64,000 nucleotides of DNA, taken from NCBI GenBank assembly GCA_041649715.1, contig JBAZMP010000001.1, positions 309,287-373,286 on the forward strand, given 5' to 3'. Both the position numbers and the translations under genes were made by a program. The notes below the pieces were generated by a model. That model worked only from the letters and a program-made list of their open reading frames with translations. It did no database searches and was not told the origin of the DNA. Origin of the DNA: Patescibacteria group bacterium (GTDB lineage: Bacteria; Patescibacteriota; Patescibacteriia; JAXHNJ01). Within the stretch, counting starts at the first letter, position 1; each line of letters begins with the position of its first letter. Shown here piece by piece: positions 1 through 8,283 of the stretch.

Positions 1-35
1 CAGAGTTAAGCCGAATGTCTCTTGGAAACGAGTGA

Positions 36-76
36 TTTTTTGGCTTGAATAAAAGCAGGAAAAATGCTAAGGTAGG
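36..76 (+). promoter_or_regulatory. Conserved ~40-bp upstream element, copy 1 (TTGAAT-17 bp-TAAGGT promoter-like) in front of dinD
   Basis: The sequence TTTTTTGGCTTGAATAAAAGCAGGAAAAATGCTAAGGTA is repeated almost identically at 1086..1126 in front of the next operon. It reads as a -35 TTGAAT, a 17-bp spacer, a TGn motif and a -10 TAAGGT. Confidence 0.45.
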
Positions 77-118
77 GGAGTAACATATACGAATTTCGGT
101 GGCTGGGAGAAAAAATAT

Positions 119-973
119 ATGGAAAAACAGATCATTGTCCGGCTGCATAAAAATTTCGAGGATTGCGCCCGCGAAAAAGACGGCGTGGAATTTTGGTATG
201 CCCGCGAATTGCAGGAATTGCTCAACTATGACAAGTGGGGCAATTTTGAGAATGTCATAAATAAGGCGAAAATAGCCTGCCGGAACGCGAAACAAGAGGT
301 CGCCGACCATTTTGCCGACGTCGGGAAAATGGTTGATTTGGGTTCCGGAAGCCAGCGTGAAGTGCCTGATATTATGCTGACGCGTTATGCCTGCTACCTG
401 ATCGCCCAGAATGGCGATCCGCGAAAAGACGAGATTGCTTTCGCTATGACCTATTTCGCGGTGCAGACGCACAAGCAGGAAATAGTCGAGCAGCGCCTGG
501 TCCAGTGGGAACGGGTGCGCGACCGGGGAAAGCTTTCTACTTCTGAAAAATCTCTTTCCGGCGTGCTTTTTGAGCGCGGAGTGGACAGCCAGGGGTTTGC
601 CCGGATCAGGAGCAAAGGTGATGCCGAGCTTTTTGGCGGATTAACAACTCAGGATATGAAGCAGAAATTAGGCGTGCCGAACAGCCGACCGCTGGCTGAT
701 TTTTTGCCCAGCGTAACCATTAAGGCCAAGGATTTGGCGAATGAAATAACTAGCCATAATATCCGGAAAGATACGGATTTGCGGGGGGAAGTTCCCATTA
801 CTTCAGAGCACGTGAAAAGCAACCGCAATATGCGCCAGATGCTCGGCAAGAGCGGCATTTACCCCGAAGACTTGCCGGCGGAGGAAGACGTGAAAAAGCT
901 TGAACGCAAGCTTAAGTCGGAAAATAAAAAATTGCCAAAGGCGGTTAAGAAGCTGAAAGATAGCAAAAAATAA
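119..973 (+). CDS. dinD: DNA-damage-inducible protein D (DinD)-like protein
   Basis: 284 aa. Strong collinear similarity to E. coli DinD as I recall it: ...GSGSQREVPDIMLTRYACYLIAQNGDPRKD... matches GSGAQRELEDVHLSRYACYLVVQNGDP. It also has FWYARELQELLNYDKWGNF and a basic C-terminus. Confidence 0.8.
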   Translation: MEKQIIVRLHKNFEDCAREKDGVEFWYARELQELLNYDKWGNFENVINKAKIACRNAKQEVADHFADVGKMVDLGSGSQREVPDIMLTRYACYLIAQNGDPRKDEIAFAMTYFAVQTHKQEIVEQRLVQWERVRDRGKLSTSEKSLSGVLFERGVDSQGFARIRSKGDAELFGGLTTQDMKQKLGVPNSRPLADFLPSVTIKAKDLANEITSHNIRKDTDLRGEVPITSEHVKSNRNMRQMLGKSGIYPEDLPAEEDVKKLERKLKSENKKLPKAVKKLKDSKK

Positions 974-1062
974 TCCCACGTTGAGACATTAGAAAAACAG
1001 CCCAAGCTCTAAAGTGCCGCTTAAAGATTGAATTTGTTAAATAGATAATAATAGGCTTTGTG

Positions 1063-1092
1063 GCGCCTCGCTGCGGCTCGGCGCCTTTTTTG
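1063..1092 (+). terminator. Intrinsic terminator after dinD
   Basis: GGCGCC-tcgctgcggctc-GGCGCC hairpin followed by TTTTTT. Confidence 0.5.
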
Positions 1093-1126
1093 GCTTGAAT
1101 AAAAGTAAGAAAAATGCTAAGGTAAA
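1086..1126 (+). promoter_or_regulatory. Conserved ~40-bp upstream element, copy 2 (TTGAAT-17 bp-TAAGGT) in front of the restriction-modification operon
   Basis: TTTTTTGGCTTGAATAAAAGTAAGAAAAATGCTAAGGTA matches copy 1 at 38 of 41 positions. Confidence 0.45.
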
Positions 1127-1213
1127 GGCATAAAATAACACAAATTTTGGTGGAAAATAGATTATAATACGGAGGTAAATTAAAAGAATTTTTGGGCAAT
1201 TAAATAAAAATAT

Positions 1214-3586
1214 ATGAATAGAAATGTAGTTGAAGAATATTTAAAAAAACAGAAAATAAAAGTCGTTGAGGAATTTGATTTTGAAAAAAAGAAAGTAAAA
1301 TATTCCGAAAAGATAAGAGGTTGGAAGATTGATAAATTTAGGGGCGATGAGGAAATCGTTAGAGCTTTTGTTCTTGCTAAACTTGTAAACGAATTGGGAT
1401 ATAAACCTGAGAATATTGAATTGGAAAAAGAATATGATATTGGTAGACCAAAGGTAAATAAACCCAGAATTGATATTATAGTTAAAGACGATAAAGACAA
1501 CGTTTTTTTGTATATTGAATTAAAAAGCCCCGCAGATTATGAAAAAGATAAGGATGAAGTAATTGAGAAACAACTTTTTAATCTTGCTTCACAAGAACAG
1601 GGCCAAGGTAAAAAAGTAAAATATCTCGTATTATATACAATTGAAATTGTTGAAACCCAGATAAAAGACAAATGTATTTTGATTGACTATGAAAAATTTA
1701 ATTCATTCAACACGTGGAAAGAAGTACGAAATTACGCAGATGAATTACCCGAAAGATATGAAAAAGCTCAAAAAGAACCATACGTAAAAGGTGGAAAAAA
1801 AGATTTAGAGACAAACTTTTCATATGAACAGCTTGATGGGCTGAGAAAAAATCTACATAATGTACTTTGGGGAGGTGGTGGAACAGATGACAACGATATT
1901 TTTTCGTCATTAGTAAATATTATTTTGGCAAAAATTCAAGATGAAAGCGAAAAAGAGGAAGGCGGAGAATATGACTTCCAAATTCGTTCATTTAAAGATG
2001 GCGAAAGTTTTGAAACCAACCAGCAACTTTTTATAAAAATAAATGATCTTTATATAAGAGCGTTAAAACAAAGATTAAATATTATTGACGAAAATGAGTT
2101 AAAAGAAAGCTTTGTAATTGATAAAAAGAAATTTTCTCTTGCAAAATTAAAATACACTATAATGCAAATCGAGAGATATTCATTTGTGGACGGGAAAAAC
2201 AGCTTTGACGGTAAAGATATTCTAGGAGACTTTTTCGAGGGTATTATTAGAGAAGGATTTAAACAAACAAAAGGTCAATTTTTTACGCATGTTAATATTG
2301 TAAGGTTTTTGCTTTGGGGGTTGCAACTTGATAAGCTAGCAATTGATAAAGTGAATAAAGATTTAGAAATTCCCTACCTAATAGATCCAAGCGCCGGTAG
2401 CGGCACTTTCCTGATTGAATATATGAAGTTTATTACCGAAAATCTCAAGAGAAGATTTAAAAGTAGACTAGCAAAAAAAAGAGACGTAGAGGACAAATTT
2501 AATCAATGGTTTATCCCTGACCACCGAGAAAATAAATGGGCACAACATTATATTTATGGCATAGAAACTAATTTTAATCTAGGTACTGCTACTAAAGTAA
2601 ATATGATTTTGCATGGGGATGGCTCAACTAATGTTTTTGTTAAAGACGGACTATTACCTTTTAATTATTACGACAAAGAAACCGCGCCGAACTATTTGAA
2701 GCAAAGCGAACAAGACAAAAACTACTTTAATAAAGAAGTAAATAAGCAATTTGACGTGATTATAACTAATCCTCCATTTAGTGTCACTTTGGATAATGAA
2801 ACAAAAGAGCATCTTACTAAAGAGTTTATTTTTGGAAGCACAAAAAACTCGGAAAATTTGTTTGTAGAAAGATGGTATCAATTATTAAAACCTAACGGAA
2901 GATTTGGGGTAGTTTTGCCAGAAAGTGTTTTTGATACAACAGAAAATAAATACATTCGTCTATTTATTTACAAATATTTTAAAATTAAAGCAGTAGTTTC
3001 TTTACCACAACTTACTTTTCAGCCGTTTACAAGTACTAAGACTAGTCTTTTATTCGCTCAAAAGAAAACTGATAAGGAAATTGAAGAATGGAATAAACTT
3101 TGGAGTAAATATAGTAGTGAATGGAGTGCTCTAAAAAATAAGTGTAAAAATTTATTATTGGTCTATTTAGAAAACAAAGACAAAAAGAAATTATCTTCAA
3201 TCAAAGATTTGTTAGAATCGGAGAAAAAAGAGATATTATTAAGAATGCTTAAAGATAATATTGAAGAAGATGATAAAAAATTATTAGCAAAAGAGCTGAT
3301 ATATAAATACAAAAGTGAATTAGTTGAACTTTGTGAATATGATAACGATACTAAAGATGTTTTTGGTTTTGTCAATACCTGGTGGGTTTTTAGTGAGGTA
3401 GCAAAAATACTCAATTACAAAATTTTTATGGCAGAAGTAGAAAATATTGGATATAAAAGGACTAAAAGAGCTGAAAAACCTATGCCAAACGAACTTTATC
3501 GCGTAAATGATAAAGGAGAAGTTTTAGTTGATGATGGCAGGATAGAAACTGCTTTAGATTATTTAAGAAAAGTGATATGGGATTAA
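1214..3586 (+). CDS. Restriction-modification bifunctional subunit: N-terminal HSDR_N-type PD-(D/E)xK nuclease domain fused to a gamma-class N6-adenine DNA methyltransferase (BcgI-A-like Type IIB, or a Type I M-like subunit)
   Basis: 790 aa. The N-terminal region has PRIDIIVKDDKDNVFLYIELKSP, a D..ExK nuclease motif. Methyltransferase motif I is LIDPSAGSGTFLIEY and motif IV is ITNPPFSV. The gene overlaps the downstream S gene by 10 nt and is extremely AT-rich. Confidence 0.75.
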   Translation: MNRNVVEEYLKKQKIKVVEEFDFEKKKVKYSEKIRGWKIDKFRGDEEIVRAFVLAKLVNELGYKPENIELEKEYDIGRPKVNKPRIDIIVKDDKDNVFLYIELKSPADYEKDKDEVIEKQLFNLASQEQGQGKKVKYLVLYTIEIVETQIKDKCILIDYEKFNSFNTWKEVRNYADELPERYEKAQKEPYVKGGKKDLETNFSYEQLDGLRKNLHNVLWGGGGTDDNDIFSSLVNIILAKIQDESEKEEGGEYDFQIRSFKDGESFETNQQLFIKINDLYIRALKQRLNIIDENELKESFVIDKKKFSLAKLKYTIMQIERYSFVDGKNSFDGKDILGDFFEGIIREGFKQTKGQFFTHVNIVRFLLWGLQLDKLAIDKVNKDLEIPYLIDPSAGSGTFLIEYMKFITENLKRRFKSRLAKKRDVEDKFNQWFIPDHRENKWAQHYIYGIETNFNLGTATKVNMILHGDGSTNVFVKDGLLPFNYYDKETAPNYLKQSEQDKNYFNKEVNKQFDVIITNPPFSVTLDNETKEHLTKEFIFGSTKNSENLFVERWYQLLKPNGRFGVVLPESVFDTTENKYIRLFIYKYFKIKAVVSLPQLTFQPFTSTKTSLLFAQKKTDKEIEEWNKLWSKYSSEWSALKNKCKNLLLVYLENKDKKKLSSIKDLLESEKKEILLRMLKDNIEEDDKKLLAKELIYKYKSELVELCEYDNDTKDVFGFVNTWWVFSEVAKILNYKIFMAEVENIGYKRTKRAEKPMPNELYRVNDKGEVLVDDGRIETALDYLRKVIWD

Positions 3587-4989
3587 ATAAATTTACAGTT
3601 GATTTTCAAAATATTGGTGAACAACAATTTTTAAGACCCAATTTTGGTTACAGGTATTTTTTTGATATTCAGAATGCGGAAATTTATCCTACAAAAGATA
3701 GTATTAAATTAAAATATGTCTTGAATGAGATGCCGATGAAGAAAGTAAGCAAGGGTGAATTAGAAGAGTCAGAAATTCTGATTGATATAGGAAATATTGA
3801 AAGAAGATTTAATAATTTAATAAATTTAGTAGAAGTAGATAGAATAGGTTCTGATAAAAATATAATGCAATATGGAGACATCATTATACCTAAATTGCAA
3901 CCACAAATGGGGAATATTTTTTTAAATTCTGGTCATAAAAGATTTATAGGATCTACCGAATTGCTTGAATATAAAATTAATGAAAATTATAATCCCATAT
4001 TCATTTATTACTTAATTACTTCTAATAAATTTCTTTTTGATCTAGCAAAATTGGAAAGTGGAAAAGCGCATAGAAGGGTAAATTCAGTAGATCTGTTAAA
4101 AATTAGAATTCCCTTAATATCTAAAGAATCGCAAGATTTAATTGTTGCTCAAATATGGCCGATTGAAAAGAAAATTAATGAACTAAAAAAACAAATTGAA
4201 CAACCTCAAAATGTTATTAATAAAGTTTTTGCAAGAGAATTTGGTTTTGATTTAGAAAAATATGAAAAGTTAAAGAAAGATAAGTTTTCCGAAGTAGATT
4301 TAAAAGATATTTTGAGACATAATTTTGTTAGAATAAGTTTTCATTTTCATCATAAAACTCTTATTGCCATTGAAAATAAATTAAAAAATAAGAATTATTG
4401 GGCGCCGGTTAATTCATTATTTAGTTTATTCGGTGGAAAAAGAATACCAAAGGGTAAGAGTTTTTCGAATATCGAAACGGACTATTATTATTTAAGACCT
4501 ACGGAAGTAAGTATTTGGGGTATTGATAAGATTAACGTTCCATTTATCCCTGTATCAATTTATGATCAGTTAAAGAGATATAAAATAGTAACGGATGAAT
4601 TTTGTATTTCAATTGTCGGTACTTTAGGGAAAACCGCGTTAATTAACACAGATATTTTAGATATAGGAAAAGATAATTTAATATTAAGTGAAAACTTTAT
4701 TAAACTAAAACCTAAAAAACATATAAATAGTTTATTTTATATTTACTTTTTTTATAGTTTTATTTTTGAAGCGCAAATTAATAGAGAATATACCATAACA
4801 TCAATAAAAAAATTAGGTATTGATAAATGGAATAATATAAAAATTCCATGTATTTCTATTATAAAACAGCAAAAAATTGTTGATGAAATCAAGGGTGAAT
4901 TAGACAAACAAGAAAAATTTTATAAGAAAATTGAAATGGAAAGAGATAAAATTGATGAGATTATTGAAAAAGTGATTATTCGTGAATAG
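3577..4989 (+). CDS. hsdS: Restriction-modification specificity subunit (HsdS / BcgI-B-like, two target-recognition domains)
   Basis: 470 aa. Two variable domains are separated by the conserved central coiled-coil spacer (LISKESQDLIVAQIWPIEKKINELKKQIEQ). The C-terminus has a matching repeat (IKQQKIVDEIKGELDKQEKFYKKIE). It is translationally coupled to the methyltransferase gene. Confidence 0.8.
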   Translation: MGLNKFTVDFQNIGEQQFLRPNFGYRYFFDIQNAEIYPTKDSIKLKYVLNEMPMKKVSKGELEESEILIDIGNIERRFNNLINLVEVDRIGSDKNIMQYGDIIIPKLQPQMGNIFLNSGHKRFIGSTELLEYKINENYNPIFIYYLITSNKFLFDLAKLESGKAHRRVNSVDLLKIRIPLISKESQDLIVAQIWPIEKKINELKKQIEQPQNVINKVFAREFGFDLEKYEKLKKDKFSEVDLKDILRHNFVRISFHFHHKTLIAIENKLKNKNYWAPVNSLFSLFGGKRIPKGKSFSNIETDYYYLRPTEVSIWGIDKINVPFIPVSIYDQLKRYKIVTDEFCISIVGTLGKTALINTDILDIGKDNLILSENFIKLKPKKHINSLFYIYFFYSFIFEAQINREYTITSIKKLGIDKWNNIKIPCISIIKQQKIVDEIKGELDKQEKFYKKIEMERDKIDEIIEKVIIRE

Positions 4990-5064
4990 ACTCATATTTA
5001 AGTCATTTTTACAATATCCATTGACCTAATTTATTTCAATTAATAATTATTAATTAAGAATATT

Positions 5065-5985
5065 ATGGCAAATCTCTATTGGAAAAAGAATAAAAAAATA
5101 TTAGCCGCTACCGAGACACCATTTAAAACAGAAGATGAACTTGAACGTTATCTATTAGATACCCGGGGGATTTTAAGCGAAATCAATATAATAAATAGGC
5201 AAATTAGGTCCAAAACGGTTTCAGGAATAGAAATTCCAGATATGATCGGAGTTGATAGCGAGGGTTCCATTGTTATTATTGAAAATAAAAATGTTCCGGT
5301 TGATGAAAGGATTATTTCTCAGGTACTTAATTATGCTCTTTGGGCAGAATCTAATCCAGATTCAATAAAGAATTTATGGCTTCAAGCTGATCAAGAAGGC
5401 GTGGAACCAGAATGGGACAATTTACAAATTCGCATAATGATAGTTGCCCCAGAAATAAAACCACATTTAGCAAAATTCATTTCAAAAATTGGATACCCAA
5501 TTGATTTATTAGAGATAAAAAAATTTAATATTAGTAAAGATGAATTTATTGTGTTAAATAAAATAGAACCAAATATAATTGATACAAAACCAGTACATGC
5601 AAAAAGAAATTATGATTATTCATATTATTCAACCAATCATAATAAGGAAAGTGTAAAAAAACTTGAAAAAGCTGTAAATAGCGTTGAAAATTATGTTAAT
5701 AAAAACAAATGGAAATTAGAAAAAAAATTTAACCAAGGTTATGTGGGCTTTAAATATGGTTTTCCCTTAGTTTTTGGCATACAGTGGTTAGGAACCAGAT
5801 CCTTCGGGTTTTTTTTCAAAATGCCTAAAGCAAAAATGAAAAAAATTATTGTTCCGGGCCTTGAATTTAAGGGTTATAATGATCGGTGGGATCAAGTAGA
5901 ATATAAAATTATTTCACCTACTTTTGACGTTAAAAAATTAAAACCAGTGTTTCTAGCTTCATACAATTATGTCAAAGGAGAATAA
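5065..5985 (+). CDS. PD-(D/E)xK nuclease-like protein of unknown function (restriction-endonuclease-like fold, possible NucS/DUF91-like core)
   Basis: 306 aa. IPDMIGVDSEGSIVIIENKN followed by QVLNYALWAE reads as D...ExK plus a QxxxY motif. The gene is AT-rich and sits inside the defense island. Confidence 0.45.
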   Translation: MANLYWKKNKKILAATETPFKTEDELERYLLDTRGILSEINIINRQIRSKTVSGIEIPDMIGVDSEGSIVIIENKNVPVDERIISQVLNYALWAESNPDSIKNLWLQADQEGVEPEWDNLQIRIMIVAPEIKPHLAKFISKIGYPIDLLEIKKFNISKDEFIVLNKIEPNIIDTKPVHAKRNYDYSYYSTNHNKESVKKLEKAVNSVENYVNKNKWKLEKKFNQGYVGFKYGFPLVFGIQWLGTRSFGFFFKMPKAKMKKIIVPGLEFKGYNDRWDQVEYKIISPTFDVKKLKPVFLASYNYVKGE

Positions 5986-6031
5986 CATTTTTTCTTTAAA
6001 AGTTGCGCTATAATATAATAAGATATGCAGC

Positions 6032-6598
6032 ATGAGTAATCTTGAAACATTTTTCGAACAATTCGAAGAATGGGTGCTAAAAGATATTAAAATAGTACTA
6101 GAATTAGTAAATAAAGAAGGTAATTCATTAGCCCCTGATAGAAGAGTGGTGGTTTGGCGGCGCCCGCTTGTCGCCGGAGTTATATTAATATGTTGCGCTA
6201 TCGATACATTAGCCGCATTTCGTTATGGCCGAACTAATAATAATGTGGGAACATATTTTATGCGCTTTGTTAGAGATTATTTTGCGCAAAGCCGTGACAC
6301 TAGATATAATGATGAGCAAATCTATAAGGGGTTACGTAATGCATTATTACACGGCTATTCTCTTGGATCAGATTTAGCATTAAGTCATACTAGCGCTTCA
6401 CGGCATTTGACGAAAGAAGCAAACAAAATAGTTATAGATGTATTTTCACTGCAGCAAGATTTAGAAAAAGTATATTCTATCTATAAAAGTGAATTGAAAA
6501 ATGGACAACATATTCCAGAATTTAATGATAGATGGAATTACGCACCTCTTATTCAATATTTTCCTGATATAGATTTAAAACTTAATAGCAGAAATTAA
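6032..6598 (+). CDS. Hypothetical protein (defense-island associated)
   Basis: 188-aa ORF with no recognisable motif. It follows the nuclease-like gene 46 nt downstream and is followed by a strong terminator. Confidence 0.5.
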   Translation: MSNLETFFEQFEEWVLKDIKIVLELVNKEGNSLAPDRRVVVWRRPLVAGVILICCAIDTLAAFRYGRTNNNVGTYFMRFVRDYFAQSRDTRYNDEQIYKGLRNALLHGYSLGSDLALSHTSASRHLTKEANKIVIDVFSLQQDLEKVYSIYKSELKNGQHIPEFNDRWNYAPLIQYFPDIDLKLNSRN

Positions 6599-6652
6599 AG
6601 TAATTCAAACATAAGCTCATTTTTCCCTCCCCACTGGCGGTTTTTGCCTAAC

Positions 6653-6687
6653 AAAAAAATCCTCAAAAAAGCTGACGAGGATTTTTG
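6653..6687 (+). terminator. Intrinsic terminator
   Basis: AAAAAATCCTC-aaaaaagctgac-GAGGATTTTTG hairpin. Confidence 0.6.
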
Positions 6688-6691
6688 ACTA

Positions 6692-6871
6692 TTAAATAGT
6701 CAAATCGTGAATAGGTACACTAGCTGCCCAACGTTTTATCCATTGAACAGAATCTATAGCATTTTGTTTTGAGGAATAACCCTCACTCCAAGCAACGAAT
6801 TCGTTGTTTGCAGCAACAAGACGCCATCGGTACTCATTTGCGTTATCACGATAGATTTCGAATCTAATCAT
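6692..6871 (-). CDS. YegP/UPF0339 (DUF1508) family small protein, absent from the ORF track because it is under 60 aa
   Basis: Reverse-strand translation gives MIRFEIYRDNANEYRWRLVAANNEFVAWSEGYSSKQNAIDSVQWIKRWAASVPIHDLTI (59 aa), the classic DUF1508 pattern FEIYkDkageyRfRLkA.NGEiia.SegY.sk. Confidence 0.7.
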   Translation of the reverse strand: MIRFEIYRDNANEYRWRLVAANNEFVAWSEGYSSKQNAIDSVQWIKRWAASVPIHDLTI

Positions 6872-7293
6872 GATTTTTTTCCTTTGTTAGACTATACTTA
6901 GGAGTCGACCTTTAATTTACTCCCAGGACAAAAACCAAATAATTTAGTTCCTATCAGGGGAGAATTAAAAGCGACTTAATCTAGATATAGAATAAGCGCC
7001 GGATTTTACCTCGCCAGCTTTTTCAAAGAGTTTTTAACAGCTACATACTAACGAATAATAATGTCTCTGTCAAGTAGGTTTATTATTTTAGCTAAAAAGC
7101 TTATAATAAATCCATGTCCAAATACTACAACTCTAAGCGCACCAAACATCTTTTTGACCCTACCTTTTTTAACGCTATTTGTTATAAGCACTAAATCCGA
7201 AATACGAAACTCTAAACAAATTCTAATTTCTCAAATCCGAAATTCGAAACTGAGGGTTTTAAAAGCCAAAGACGATAACGAAAAACAAGCGGT

Positions 7294-7405
7294 AGAGGGG
7301 GTCCGGGGGAAAAACTGAAAGCCAAACGGCCATACGGAACAACCTTACCCACCTCTCGCGGTTTTTTTCCCCCGGAACTTTTGCTACTTTTAGTTATAAA
7401 AGTAG
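7294..7405. repeat. Structured repeat family A, copy 1 (GGGGTCCGGGGG ... CCCCCGGAAC long hairpin plus a small 3' hairpin)
   Basis: GGGGGTCCGGGGGAAAAACTG...CGGTTTTTTTCCCCCGGAAC, then CTACTTTTAGTTATAAAAGTAG. Related copies lie at 10409..10530, 12596..12755 and 12866..12955. Confidence 0.7.
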
Positions 7406-7409
7406 AAAT

Positions 7410-7525
7410 ATATCAGTACAGACAAAAAAGTAAGTAGGGGATAATCAAAAAAGACTGTCTACCCTTCGAGGCTCAAGCCTGTCCTGAGTGGCATCGAAGG
7501 ACACCTCAGAGTGACAGTTTTATTT
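7410..7525. repeat. Structured repeat family B, copy 1 (AGTAGGGGATAA..CTGTCTACCCTTCGAGGCT-[variable]-CACCTCAGAGTGACAGTTTTA)
   Basis: The conserved 5' and 3' arms can pair (CTGTCTACCC with GGGTGACAG) around a variable core. Copies lie at 10141..10215, 10560..10640, 10700..10795 and 12757..12790. Confidence 0.65.
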
Positions 7526-7695
7526 TGATTCTTTTTCACCAAAAAAACAAACAATCAACCAAGACATTTTTTATCCGCCCGCTAGCCTTAGCGTGTTTTT
7601 TGTATGAAGAAGTTTATCCACCTTGACTTAGAAAGGTATATATATTAGTGTTAAGTTAGTACTAATTCAGTAAATTAGCACAATCTACTAATTTT

Positions 7696-8283
7696 ATGAA
7701 ATGGCTAGATTTTGAGCGAAAAATTAAGAGTAAAAATATTAAGCTGTTCACGCCGCTTGATGTGCAGAGATTTTTAGGCCGGTCTAAAATAGCCGCCCGT
7801 TTTTTGATCCATCGCCTGAAAAAAAATGGCTATATTGTGAGCCTCAAACGCGGTTTGTATAAGCTGTCCGATGAACAAATTCCGGATCTGTATCTGGCCA
7901 ATAATATTTACGCCCCCTCGTATGTTTCCCTGGAATTCGCCCTTTCGTACCACGGAGTCATTCCCGAAACTGTCTATGAGATAACTTCGGTTACCACCAA
8001 GGCCACCCGCCGGTTTGAGGCGCTGGGAAAAGTTTTTTCTTACCACAAAATAAAAAAACCGGCTTTTACCGGCTATGTCATCCAAAAACAGGGCGGGTTG
8101 GGTTTTCACGTCGCCGAACCAGAAAAGGCTTTCGTGGATGCGAATTATTTTCGGCTCTTGGACGGCCGAAAACCGCTGTCCCGCTTCAACAAGGATAAAA
8201 TTGATTTAAAAAAGGCCTTGTTTTATGCCGCTCTTTTCGGCAATCAGAAACTTAACAATATAATTAAAACAACGCTTCAATGA
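7696..8283 (+). CDS. abiEi: Type IV toxin-antitoxin system antitoxin AbiEi (winged-HTH transcriptional regulator)
   Basis: 195 aa. The N-terminus MKWLDFERKIKSK...FTPLDVQRFLGRSKIAARFLIHRLKKNGYIVSLKRGLYKL is typical of AbiEi. The gene overlaps the downstream gene by 4 nt (ATGA). Confidence 0.75.
   Translation: MKWLDFERKIKSKNIKLFTPLDVQRFLGRSKIAARFLIHRLKKNGYIVSLKRGLYKLSDEQIPDLYLANNIYAPSYVSLEFALSYHGVIPETVYEITSVTTKATRRFEALGKVFSYHKIKKPAFTGYVIQKQGGLGFHVAEPEKAFVDANYFRLLDGRKPLSRFNKDKIDLKKALFYAALFGNQKLNNIIKTTLQ

Noticed and set aside
649-1500. Minus-strand ORFs 649..858, 945..1199 and 1180..1500 overlapping dinD and the start of the restriction-modification operon
   Set aside because: They are antisense to well-supported genes or span a terminator and promoter. 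Their translations are low-complexity with no ribosome-binding site.
1214-6598. Search for a helicase-type HsdR gene to complete a Type I restriction system
   Set aside because: There are no DEAD/DEAH or SNF2 motifs anywhere nearby. The nuclease function is apparently supplied by the N-terminal domain of the methyltransferase protein.
7061-7318. Plus-strand 85-aa ORF
   Set aside because: It lies entirely within the AAATCC and family-A repeat region and has no Shine-Dalgarno sequence. It looks like a translation of repeat DNA.
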